Shown here: piece after piece, positions 1 through 8,102 of the stretch
Layout: each line of letters opens with the position of its first letter
Position numbering within the stretch: position 1 is the first letter of the stretch
Assembly (NCBI GenBank): GCA_018698135.1
Contig: JABINZ010000208.1
Coordinates: 1 to 19,889 of the forward strand
From: Bacteroidota bacterium
Lineage (GTDB): Bacteria > Bacteroidota > Bacteroidia > CAILMK01 > JAAYUY01
Direction of reading: 5' to 3'
Length of the DNA stretch: 19,889 bases
The notes under the pieces: generated by a model
Told to the model about the DNA's origin: nothing
Database searches by the model: none
Seen by the model: the letters and a program-made list of their open reading frames with translations, nothing else
Made by a program: the position numbers and the translations under genes

Positions 1-49
1 AAAATCTAAAATGTGTTTTTTATATGTAGCCTGATATTGCATGAATACG

Positions 50-538
50 CTATGATTTTATGAATTGTCCACTTTCGGGATGCCTTGTAACCTCATTCCA
101 TTTAAATATGCAGCCATGCATGGCAATATAAACTCCGGCCGCCTTTGTTTGAACAGCACCTAAAGCTAATCCGATGTTAATATCTGCATCAGAGTCGGTA
201 AATTTTTCTGGTCGCATGGCTCCAGTAAGTACAATAACTTTATCAGCTATTTTAGCCAGATCCGAAGCTGTTTCTATCATACTATCAGTTCCATGTGTAA
301 TGATAATTTTGTCATCAGAACTTCGCTGAATTACATCAAAAAGCATCTCCCTATCGGCCTTATCCAAGTCCATACTATCCTTTTTAATCAAAGGAAGAAC
401 TTCATATTCAAAAGATGGGTTCAGTTTATGGAGAATTCGTTTAATAGCCGGATCACTTATTTCAAATGCATAACCACCAAGGTTTTTAGGGTAATCTTTA
501 TCAATAGTGCCTCCTGTTTGAATAAATAGTATTTTCAT
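50..538 (-). CDS. Asparaginase N-terminal-domain-only protein (type I L-asparaginase/glutaminase family, about 162 aa)
   Basis: ATG start and TAG stop verified on the minus strand. The N-terminus has the TGGTI threonine motif (MKILFIQTGGTIDK) and an HGTDSM block, hallmarks of the asparaginase N-domain. The protein ends where the C-terminal domain would begin. There is a 5 nt gap to the upstream serpin stop. Confidence 0.7.
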   Translation of the reverse strand: MKILFIQTGGTIDKDYPKNLGGYAFEISDPAIKRILHKLNPSFEYEVLPLIKKDSMDLDKADREMLFDVIQRSSDDKIIITHGTDSMIETASDLAKIADKVIVLTGAMRPEKFTDSDADINIGLALGAVQTKAAGVYIAMHGCIFKWNEVTRHPESGQFIKS

Positions 539-543
539 TTGAC

Positions 544-1815
544 CTATTTAACCGGATTCATAACTTTTCCAATAAACAAAATGCTTCCGTTTTCCTTATC
601 GTAAATAACAAATGCAAAAGGACGATTGGCATTAAATGTCATTTTTTCAGGAGGAAAACTTGTTCTTTCAACCATGATAACTGCAGTAGCACCAGCAGCT
701 TCGGTTCCTTCTTCATTTACTTCAACAAATGCCTTATGAATTATTTTGTCAATTTTTAAATCTCTTTTTCCAGTCATGCCTGAAAAATCAGCTAAATCAG
801 AAAAAGCCAAGGGCATGCCCATGTCCGACAAGTGTTTTTCCAAAGAAATGCTATAGGTAAAGCTAAACCGAGGCAGTAACACCTCCATTGCAGAGGCTTT
901 CATAAGACGTTTATGCGCATTGAAATATTCATAATTCAACTCTTTTCCAAAGTCGTTTATCGACTTTCCTTCAGCAGGTAAAAACACCATCATCGCATTT
1001 TTCTTTCCTTCATATGGAAGTTCTACTATTTGAACACTGGAGTCTTTATAATGAAGAAAGCGCTCTTTCGGATGATTCATAAATTTTGCCTGAACCGATG
1101 AACCATTTTCTAAATAGAAAGGAGCTGTTTCGGTATGCTTTTTATCAAAAGGAATCATCCATTTGCCATAAAACCAGATGGCATTTGTAAGAACTAATCG
1201 TGTTAAATCTGAAATTGCATTTTCAGGAATCAGATTTGTTATTTTGTCATTTGTGTTTTCTTCAACCCAATCGTTGATTTGTATCCGCGATTTTTCAGGT
1301 TTATTTTTAAAGTCCAGGTACTTTACACCTGATCCATAATACTTTTGGCAAACTTTATAATAGCTGTCGAGTATTCCATATTTTTCCTGAGCCCATAAGG
1401 AATTGGCAATTTTCAGTTCCGTTCCTGCATCTGGATCAATGCTATATAAATTATTCATCAAGTTTTTGAAACCTTTATGCACTTGAGGTTGAGATAGCGA
1501 AAAATGCAATGTTTTACTCATTTCTCTTTCAGTTTCGGTTTTTGCCCCAGCATAGGTCATAGCCAGTGCAGAAGAAATACTAAATGGGGAGAAAATTGTA
1601 TTTTTTTTAGGATCATTGATTTGATGAAACAGCTTAAAAGCAAAAGACGAATTTTCATAGATGATATCATAATCATCATCTTCGATATAGTCGTGTTCCC
1701 ATACATCTGCTTCCTGAATGATTTCCACCTCAACTACTTGGGCTTCCTTCTTTTTGCAACATGAGCTGAAAATTACGAAAACAGGAATGAGAATTAGGCT
1801 AAAATATTTTGTCAT
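544..1815 (-). CDS. Serpin-family serine protease inhibitor, predicted lipoprotein
   Basis: 423 aa. The N-terminal signal has a lipobox-like IFSSC. The NAIWFYGKW block matches the serpin NAIYFKGxW motif. The inhibitory hinge EEGTEAAGATAV is followed by the C-terminal PFAFVIYDKENGSILFIGKVMNP serpin signature. ATG start verified. Confidence 0.85.
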   Translation of the reverse strand: MTKYFSLILIPVFVIFSSCCKKKEAQVVEVEIIQEADVWEHDYIEDDDYDIIYENSSFAFKLFHQINDPKKNTIFSPFSISSALAMTYAGAKTETEREMSKTLHFSLSQPQVHKGFKNLMNNLYSIDPDAGTELKIANSLWAQEKYGILDSYYKVCQKYYGSGVKYLDFKNKPEKSRIQINDWVEENTNDKITNLIPENAISDLTRLVLTNAIWFYGKWMIPFDKKHTETAPFYLENGSSVQAKFMNHPKERFLHYKDSSVQIVELPYEGKKNAMMVFLPAEGKSINDFGKELNYEYFNAHKRLMKASAMEVLLPRFSFTYSISLEKHLSDMGMPLAFSDLADFSGMTGKRDLKIDKIIHKAFVEVNEEGTEAAGATAVIMVERTSFPPEKMTFNANRPFAFVIYDKENGSILFIGKVMNPVK

Positions 1816-1824
1816 AATCTTGAT

Positions 1825-3078
1825 TTATTTCCAATTAACAGCTTTTCTAGACACAGGCATAGTCATACAGCGGCAACCACCACCACCACGGGGTAATTCT
1901 GAGCCTTTCATGGTAATAACGTAGCGGTCAATCTTTGATAAATCAGTTGATTCCTGAAGTGCTTTTTTTGAGCTAATCACTTCAAACCCATGATTGCTAA
2001 GCTCTTCAATAGTCTGATCGTTTCGTTCATATCCAATGACTTTACCAGGGCCTAAGGCAAAAAAGTTTGCTCCACTATGCCACTGCTCTCTTTGTTGTGT
2101 GTAGGAATCTGTTTTTCCTCCACAATAAACAGGCTCTATATCCATGCCTAGTTTTTTTAAAGCCGAAAGTATGTCTTTTTCTTCTTTGATTGAGGTTACT
2201 TGTCCATTTTCAATACTTATGTTAATAGTCAGAAAACGATTAGATTGTAAGATTAAAGGCTCGTATACCAGACATTTATCAACATCCAGAAATGTGAAAA
2301 CCATATCGAGGTGGATGAAAGATTCAGGCTCATAGGGTAGTTCCTGAATGATGATGTTTCTGTTTACTTTTCGTTCTTTTATGCATTCAATGATATGATC
2401 AACTCCTTGAGAAGTGGTTCTGGCTCCTACACCAATCAGGAAAACATCATCGCGGGCTACCAAAATATCTCCGCCCTCTACACTCATTTTTTCATCAAAA
2501 AAAGCACTTTTTATTGGATTAATGGTTGGAACCATAAAATCGGGATGATACTTAAAAATTGCTTCCATGATCATGGATTCGCGTTCGCGAACAGGATTGG
2601 CCATTCGGCTGATAAGCACCCTGTCTAATATGCTTATTGATGCATCGCGTGTAAAGAAGAAATTATGAAGAGGGTTTAATGCATATCTGTTTTTGTCAAG
2701 GTATTTAGTTAAATTATCTTTTTGCATATCCACACCTTCAATCAACTGCCTGGCTAACTCAGCAGGTTCTGTTTCAAGAAGTGCTTGTGAAATGCTCATT
2801 ACGTTTTCCCGCTTGCAAATGGTATGAATCAATTTTTCTTTGACATCATTTATCATCAACACATCTGACAATAATGATTTAACTTCAAATGTCTTGGTAA
2901 GTTTTGATAGCACTGACGATAATTGACTGAATTCCTTGCGTGCGATTTCAAGATTTAGAATATCCGAATAGAGTGCACGCTCTGCAAACTCTGGAACCAT
3001 GTTTTCAACTTCTCGTCCGGGGGTATGAATAATAACACCCTCTAATTCACCTATTTCAGATTTAACATTTATTTTCAT
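1825..3078 (-). CDS. arcA: Arginine deiminase
   Basis: 417 aa. The N-terminus MKINVKSEIGELEGVIIHTPGREVENM resembles the ADI N-terminus. There is an FFTRD motif and a C-terminal GGGGCRCMTMP block containing the catalytic Cys. ATG verified. There is a 9 nt gap to the serpin start. Confidence 0.85.
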   Translation of the reverse strand: MKINVKSEIGELEGVIIHTPGREVENMVPEFAERALYSDILNLEIARKEFSQLSSVLSKLTKTFEVKSLLSDVLMINDVKEKLIHTICKRENVMSISQALLETEPAELARQLIEGVDMQKDNLTKYLDKNRYALNPLHNFFFTRDASISILDRVLISRMANPVRERESMIMEAIFKYHPDFMVPTINPIKSAFFDEKMSVEGGDILVARDDVFLIGVGARTTSQGVDHIIECIKERKVNRNIIIQELPYEPESFIHLDMVFTFLDVDKCLVYEPLILQSNRFLTINISIENGQVTSIKEEKDILSALKKLGMDIEPVYCGGKTDSYTQQREQWHSGANFFALGPGKVIGYERNDQTIEELSNHGFEVISSKKALQESTDLSKIDRYVITMKGSELPRGGGGCRCMTMPVSRKAVNWK

Positions 3079-3083
3079 GAAAA

Positions 3084-4031
3084 CTATTTAATCAATATAA
3101 AACCAATGCCCAGACTGAGCACGAAAAATAATACAGCCAAAGATAACTGTTTAAGCAAAGGGTAAAATCCAATTGAATCGTTTACCCGATATACTTTATA
3201 AATGTTGAGTCCAACAAGAAAAAGGGGTGTGGTAAACAACCATTGCCATAATACATTATAGTAGGAGCTGAGGAAGAACAGGGAAAATAGGATTCCAAAG
3301 CCGATAAGAAAACTATGATAGTGTTTAGCCTTGATAATGCCCAGCCTAACCGCAAGTGTTATTTTTCCACTTGCTTTGTCATTTTTAATATCCCTCATGT
3401 TGTTGAGGTTTAATACAGCTGTACTGAATAGTCCAATTGCTATTGCTGCAAACCATGCAGAAACGTTCAAACTATTATTTTGAAGATAGAATGAGCCACA
3501 AACAGCAATTAGTCCAAAAAATAGAAACACAAATAAATCGCCCAATCCTTTATAACCGTATGGCTTGTTTGAAGCGGTGTAACCAAATGCTGACCATATT
3601 GCAATTAGTCCTAAACCAAGTAGTATTAATATGGATGTCCAACCAATTACATGACGACTGAAGAACAAAAGCAATGACCCAGATACAAATGCTCCAATAG
3701 CAACACCAATTGATGCCTTTTTCATGGAAGCAGCGCTAATAATACCTGATTGAACCGCTCTTTCGGGCCCAATGCGAGAACTGTTATCAGATCCATGTTT
3801 TGAATCGCCATAATCGTTGGCTAAATTCGAAAGAATCTGAAGCAAAGTGGCCGTAAGTATTGAAAACACAAATATCTTCCAATCGAATGTTCCTGTTTGA
3901 TAGGCTAATATATTTCCCAAGCCAATGCCAGAAATCGCCAATGGCAATGTATGTGGCCTGCAAGCCAGAATCCAATATTTGAGCTTAGTGTTCAAATTAT
4001 TCGAATTTTTTGTCGATTTCGTTATTATCAA
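3084..4031 (-). CDS. menA: 1,4-dihydroxy-2-naphthoate polyprenyltransferase (UbiA superfamily)
   Basis: It is a polytopic membrane protein with LQILSNLANDYGDSKHGSD and NKPYGYKGLGD blocks that are near-identical to E. coli MenA motifs. The start codon in the track is TTG at 4031, which overlaps the mutL 3' end by 35 nt. An alternative TTG at 3995 sits 1 nt after the mutL stop. No in-frame ATG exists before the conserved N-terminus, so a non-ATG start is required either way. Confidence 0.75.
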   Translation of the reverse strand: MIITKSTKNSNNLNTKLKYWILACRPHTLPLAISGIGLGNILAYQTGTFDWKIFVFSILTATLLQILSNLANDYGDSKHGSDNSSRIGPERAVQSGIISAASMKKASIGVAIGAFVSGSLLLFFSRHVIGWTSILILLGLGLIAIWSAFGYTASNKPYGYKGLGDLFVFLFFGLIAVCGSFYLQNNSLNVSAWFAAIAIGLFSTAVLNLNNMRDIKNDKASGKITLAVRLGIIKAKHYHSFLIGFGILFSLFFLSSYYNVLWQWLFTTPLFLVGLNIYKVYRVNDSIGFYPLLKQLSLAVLFFVLSLGIGFILIK

Positions 4032-5838
4032 TTTTTAGAAATACAGGCTTGCCAGTTGGAGAATAATATGGGTTTTCGCAAGCAAACAATTGATCAACTA
4101 TCATATTCATTTCTTCTTTTTCAAGATGATCGCCTACTTTTATTCCTAATTTACTTGAAAGAGTTTGAGCCAGATTTTCGTTCAATGTGTTTTCAGAAAT
4201 TCCCAAATTATTTTTGAACTCTTCAATCAGGCTTTCAATAAATTGTTCAGGATTACCAATGTTGTAATTGAGAGGTATGCCATTAATCACATAAGCACGT
4301 TTCCCGAAAAGCTCCATTATAAATCCCAATGATGATAGCAGTGGTTCAATATCTTTCATAATATGAAAATCGGCTTCAGAAAACTCCATGACTTCGGGGA
4401 ATAATTGCTTTTGACTGGCCCTGTTTTCATCCTTAAATGAGTTCAAAAATTCTTCATAAAGAACTCGCTGATGTGCATACTGCTGGTGAATAAGCATGAT
4501 TCCCGAATGAATTGGTGCAAAAATAAACTTCTTGTGTAGCTGTATTAATTTACTATCCTGATTTGGCTTGTCTTCTTCTTCGGAATCGGTGAAAGCAATT
4601 TTCTCAACTTCTTCAATATCACTTGTTTTTCCTTCTTTTTCTTCCTTGATTTCAAGAATCCTCATCAATTCTTTCCAATCCTGCTCGGTGGATTTTGATT
4701 TTGAATTACTAAGTGGATTTCTTTTCTCCTGATTTTCGTGAGACCCAATATCAACTTTTAGTCTGAAATCGTCTTTGTTTTTTTTGTTTTCAATATGCTG
4801 AAGATTATTTAAAAACGCTTCGTGTTCAAAATCAAAAGTAGGAGCTACATGGTGCTGTCCGAGTGTTTTTTTAACGGAGGCCTTTAAAATCATATAGATG
4901 CCTTTTTCATCTTCGAATTTAACCTCTGTTTTGGTTGGATGTACATTGACGTCAACTCGTGCTGGATCTACCTGCAGAAATAGAACATAAAGAGGATAGT
5001 GATCGGATGCGATTAGTTCTTCATAAGCATTAAAAATAGCATGATTAAAATATGGATTTTTAATGAAACGTCCATTAACAAATAGGTATTGCTCTCCTCT
5101 GGTTTTTCGTGCAGATGATGGATTTCCAATAAAACCATTTACTTTGAGGATAGGTGTGTCCTCTTCAATTGGAAGTAAAGATTTTTCGTGTTTTTTTCCA
5201 AGTACACCAATTATCCTGTTTTTTAAACCACCTTTGGGTAAATGAAATATTTCTTCCCGCTCACCAGCTAAAATGAATTTAATTCTGGTGTTTGCCAGTG
5301 ATATTTGCTGAAAACAGTCAATAATATGCTTGTGTTCAACACTATTAGATTTAAGAAAATTCTTTCGTACAGGAATATTGAAGAATAGGTTTTTTACACT
5401 AACCGTTGTTCCAACCGGACAAGCAATTGGCTCTTGGGTCTTGAGAATACCTCCTTCCATGATCAGTAATATTCCAATTTCGTCTTCTTGCCTTCTTGTT
5501 TTTAACTCGACTGTTGAAACCGAAGCAATTGATGCCATGGCCTCCCCTCTAAAGCCAAGAGTATGGATATTAAACAGATCGGATGCATGGTGAATTTTAG
5601 AAGTTGCGTGTCGTTCAAAGCACATACGGGCATCCGTCTCCGACATTCCACTTCCATCATCGCTTACCTGGATTAGTGTTTTTCCGGATTCTTTAATGAG
5701 CAACTTAATATTTTGTGCTCCTGAGTCAATAGCATTCTCCAAAAGCTCTTTTACAACCGATGACGGTCGTTGAACAACTTCTCCAGCTGCAATTTGATTA
5801 GCAACAGACTCGGGTAATAAATGGACAATATCAGGCAT
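3997..5838 (-). CDS. mutL: DNA mismatch repair protein MutL
   Basis: 613 aa. The N-terminal GHKL ATPase signature is LPESVANQIAAGEVVQRPSSVVKELLENAIDSGA. ATG verified. Confidence 0.9.
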   Translation of the reverse strand: MPDIVHLLPESVANQIAAGEVVQRPSSVVKELLENAIDSGAQNIKLLIKESGKTLIQVSDDGSGMSETDARMCFERHATSKIHHASDLFNIHTLGFRGEAMASIASVSTVELKTRRQEDEIGILLIMEGGILKTQEPIACPVGTTVSVKNLFFNIPVRKNFLKSNSVEHKHIIDCFQQISLANTRIKFILAGEREEIFHLPKGGLKNRIIGVLGKKHEKSLLPIEEDTPILKVNGFIGNPSSARKTRGEQYLFVNGRFIKNPYFNHAIFNAYEELIASDHYPLYVLFLQVDPARVDVNVHPTKTEVKFEDEKGIYMILKASVKKTLGQHHVAPTFDFEHEAFLNNLQHIENKKNKDDFRLKVDIGSHENQEKRNPLSNSKSKSTEQDWKELMRILEIKEEKEGKTSDIEEVEKIAFTDSEEEDKPNQDSKLIQLHKKFIFAPIHSGIMLIHQQYAHQRVLYEEFLNSFKDENRASQKQLFPEVMEFSEADFHIMKDIEPLLSSLGFIMELFGKRAYVINGIPLNYNIGNPEQFIESLIEEFKNNLGISENTLNENLAQTLSSKLGIKVGDHLEKEEMNMIVDQLFACENPYYSPTGKPVFLKIDNNEIDKKFE

Positions 5839-5857
5839 TAATTTCTCTTTAAACGAT

Positions 5858-6154
5858 TTAACCTAATAATAATAAGCCAAATGCGCGAGCAATAAAATAG
5901 CAGATAGCACAAAACAAGACGACAATAACTGTTCGAATGATGTTGCTCAGGAGAATCGATTTTTTTCTGATATCAACTTTTTCTTTTCTAAAATTATCAA
6001 CCAAAATGCTATCTCTTTCAAACGCCCTTTCCCTAATTTTAATACTTCTTCTAGTTTTTTCTCTGCGGTCTTTTTTTTCATCATAATACCGTGGTCGATA
6101 TTCGAAAATAGTATAACCGGGCAATTTAAACATTGTAGGTAAGCGAGATGCCAT
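5858..6154 (-). CDS. Hypothetical highly basic protein with a C-terminal transmembrane anchor (98 aa)
   Basis: ATG verified. It is Lys/Arg-rich (KKDRREKTRRSIKIRER) and has a single C-terminal hydrophobic helix. It ends 19 nt upstream of the mutL start. No family recognised. Confidence 0.5.
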   Translation of the reverse strand: MASRLPTMFKLPGYTIFEYRPRYYDEKKDRREKTRRSIKIRERAFERDSILVDNFRKEKVDIRKKSILLSNIIRTVIVVLFCAICYFIARAFGLLLLG

Positions 6155-6213
6155 GATAAATTATTTTATTGAATCCTTTAACACTAAAAGAATCAGGCAA
6201 TTAGTTCTGTATT

Positions 6214-6221
6214 CAAATTTA
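6214..6221 (-). promoter_or_regulatory. Candidate -7 promoter box (TAAATTTG on the minus strand) for the 98aa-mutL-menA-arcA-serpin-asnase gene string
   Basis: The plus-strand CAAATTTA is 60 nt upstream of the 98-aa gene ATG. It sits in the divergent intergenic region shared with queA. Confidence 0.3.
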
Positions 6222-6312
6222 CAATAATTGCTCCGTTTTTGAGATTCTTTAACAAAATTCGAAGTTTTCAAAATCTTCAATACCTTCATGGATTCAGATA
6301 AAAGCCTTTTGC

Positions 6313-6320
6313 TATTTTTG
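6313..6320 (+). promoter_or_regulatory. Candidate -7 promoter box TATTTTTG for queA
   Basis: It matches TAnnTTTG and ends 14 nt before the ATG at 6335. Confidence 0.3.
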
Positions 6321-6334
6321 TGGTTTATACAATT

Positions 6335-7540
6335 ATGAATCTGGATTTAAATACCTACACATACGATTTGCCAGCAGAGCAAATTGCAAAATTTCCTTTA
6401 GCCAAAAGAGATGAGTCAAAACTACTTGTCTTTGCAAATGGAAAGATAAAACATCAACAATTTAAGCATATAGTGGAGGTATTGCCTGAAAAATCTATGC
6501 TTGTATTTAATGAAACAAAAGTGATACAAGCGCGTTTATTATTTAATAAACCTACGGGTGCCAGAATAGAGATTTTTTGTTTGGAACCAAATAATTTGAA
6601 TGATGAGATATCTCATATTTTGGAAAATAAAAAACAAAGCACATGGAAATGTTTTGTTGGAAATAAAAAGAAGTGGAATAAGGAGCTAATTTTAAAAAGT
6701 GAGTTAAATATTAAGGGCACTGCAGTTTGCTTGCAGGCAAAACAAATTGAAACGGAAGCAAAGCATGTTGTTGTAGAACTTAATTGGAATGCCGATATTA
6801 GCTTTTCAGAGATATTAAATCACTATGGCAAAACACCCATTCCACCCTATTTGGAGCGAGCTGCAAATGAGGAGGATACAAAAAGCTATCAAACTGTATA
6901 TGCCCGACTAAATGGTGCTGTTGCTGCCCCAACGGCAGGATTGCATTTCACACCTCAAGTGCTTAGCCGCTTAAATGAAAAGCAGATCAGACAAGAGTTT
7001 TTGACGCTACATGTTAGTGCTGGCACATTTCAGCCAATCAGCGAAAGCAACATATTGGAGCATCCTATGCACAATGAGCAATTGGTTTTTAGCAAAGAGA
7101 ATATTGTGAACCTGCTAAATCATACTGAAAAAATTATATGTGTTGGAACCACTTCTTTGCGTGCAATTGAGAGCTTGTATTGGTTTGGTGTTGGTTTATC
7201 ATTAGGGCTACTTGAAAAGTTTGATATTGAGAAGTTGTTTCCATATTCTATTGATGAAAATGAATTGCCAACTAAGAGAATTGCTTTAAATGCTGTATTG
7301 GAGTTTATGGTTGTGAATAAGCTGGAACAATTAATAGGAGAGACCAGAATTTTCATTTATCCTTCCTATAAGTTTAAGATGTGTGATGGGCTGATAACAA
7401 ATTATCACCTTCCTAAAAGTACATTAATTCTTTTGGTTGCGGCATTTATTGGAGATCAGTGGAAAGAGATTTATCAAGAGGCGCTTCAAAACGATTATAG
7501 GTTTTTGAGTTATGGCGATTCATCTTTATTACTTCCTTAA
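6335..7540 (+). CDS. queA: S-adenosylmethionine:tRNA ribosyltransferase-isomerase
   Basis: MNLDLNTYTYDLPAEQIAKFPLAKRDESKLLVF matches the QueA N-terminus. The track starts at GTG 6320. The first ATG is at 6335, and a TAtTTTTG -7 box at 6313-6320 overlaps the GTG, which favours 6335. Confidence 0.8.
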   Translation: MNLDLNTYTYDLPAEQIAKFPLAKRDESKLLVFANGKIKHQQFKHIVEVLPEKSMLVFNETKVIQARLLFNKPTGARIEIFCLEPNNLNDEISHILENKKQSTWKCFVGNKKKWNKELILKSELNIKGTAVCLQAKQIETEAKHVVVELNWNADISFSEILNHYGKTPIPPYLERAANEEDTKSYQTVYARLNGAVAAPTAGLHFTPQVLSRLNEKQIRQEFLTLHVSAGTFQPISESNILEHPMHNEQLVFSKENIVNLLNHTEKIICVGTTSLRAIESLYWFGVGLSLGLLEKFDIEKLFPYSIDENELPTKRIALNAVLEFMVVNKLEQLIGETRIFIYPSYKFKMCDGLITNYHLPKSTLILLVAAFIGDQWKEIYQEALQNDYRFLSYGDSSLLLP

Positions 7541-7571
7541 TAATTGTAGTTTTGTAATTTAAAATAAGGTT

Positions 7572-8060
7572 ATGATTCAAAGAATACAGAGTTTATTGTT
7601 GTTGATTGGAGCAGGGTTGAGTATTCTGCTTCTTGTTATGCATTTTCAGCAAGATGTTTTAGATAGTAATAAGGAGATTGTGCAGACGATTGATTACAAC
7701 ATCTTTCATTATACAGTTGAGAATTCAGAAGCTGAACTTATTGAAGAAGGATTACCTCTTTTTCCCATGTTAATCTCTTTGTTGATCGTATTGCTTTCTT
7801 TGTTTAGCATATTCTTGTTCAAAAAGAGATCACTGCAAAGTATTATTAGTCGTTTTTTGATTCTATTGTCAGCGGCCTTAGTGGTTGCATTTATTTTTGA
7901 TTTGGACAAAATAGGAGGTATTAAGTTTATGACCTCAGCTGCATTAATAAACTACCTGATTATAGTTCTTCCTGTGCTCATGATATTGATCTTTTTTATG
8001 GCAAACAAAGCCATTCTAAAAGATGAAAAACTAGTGAAGTCTGCCGATAGAATTCGGTAA
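7572..8060 (+). CDS. Hypothetical small integral membrane protein (about 4 TM helices)
   Basis: 162 aa with four hydrophobic segments. ATG verified. It is followed directly by a strong terminator. Confidence 0.6.
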   Translation: MIQRIQSLLLLIGAGLSILLLVMHFQQDVLDSNKEIVQTIDYNIFHYTVENSEAELIEEGLPLFPMLISLLIVLLSLFSIFLFKKRSLQSIISRFLILLSAALVVAFIFDLDKIGGIKFMTSAALINYLIIVLPVLMILIFFMANKAILKDEKLVKSADRIR

Positions 8061-8070
8061 GTATAAATCA

Positions 8071-8102
8071 AAAAAAAAGGGACCCGAAAGTCCCTTTTTT
8101 TA
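8071..8102. terminator. Bidirectional rho-independent terminator
   Basis: An A-tract is followed by the GGGAC stem, then the CCGAAA loop, the GTCCC stem and a T-tract (aaaaaaaagggacccgaaagtcccttttttt). It serves the convergent ends of the membrane protein (+) and gltA (-). Confidence 0.6.

Noticed and set aside
3437-3975. Small ORFs (74, 62 and 88 aa) overlapping menA and the mutL 3' end
   Set aside because: They are embedded in or antisense to strongly supported genes and have no recognisable features.
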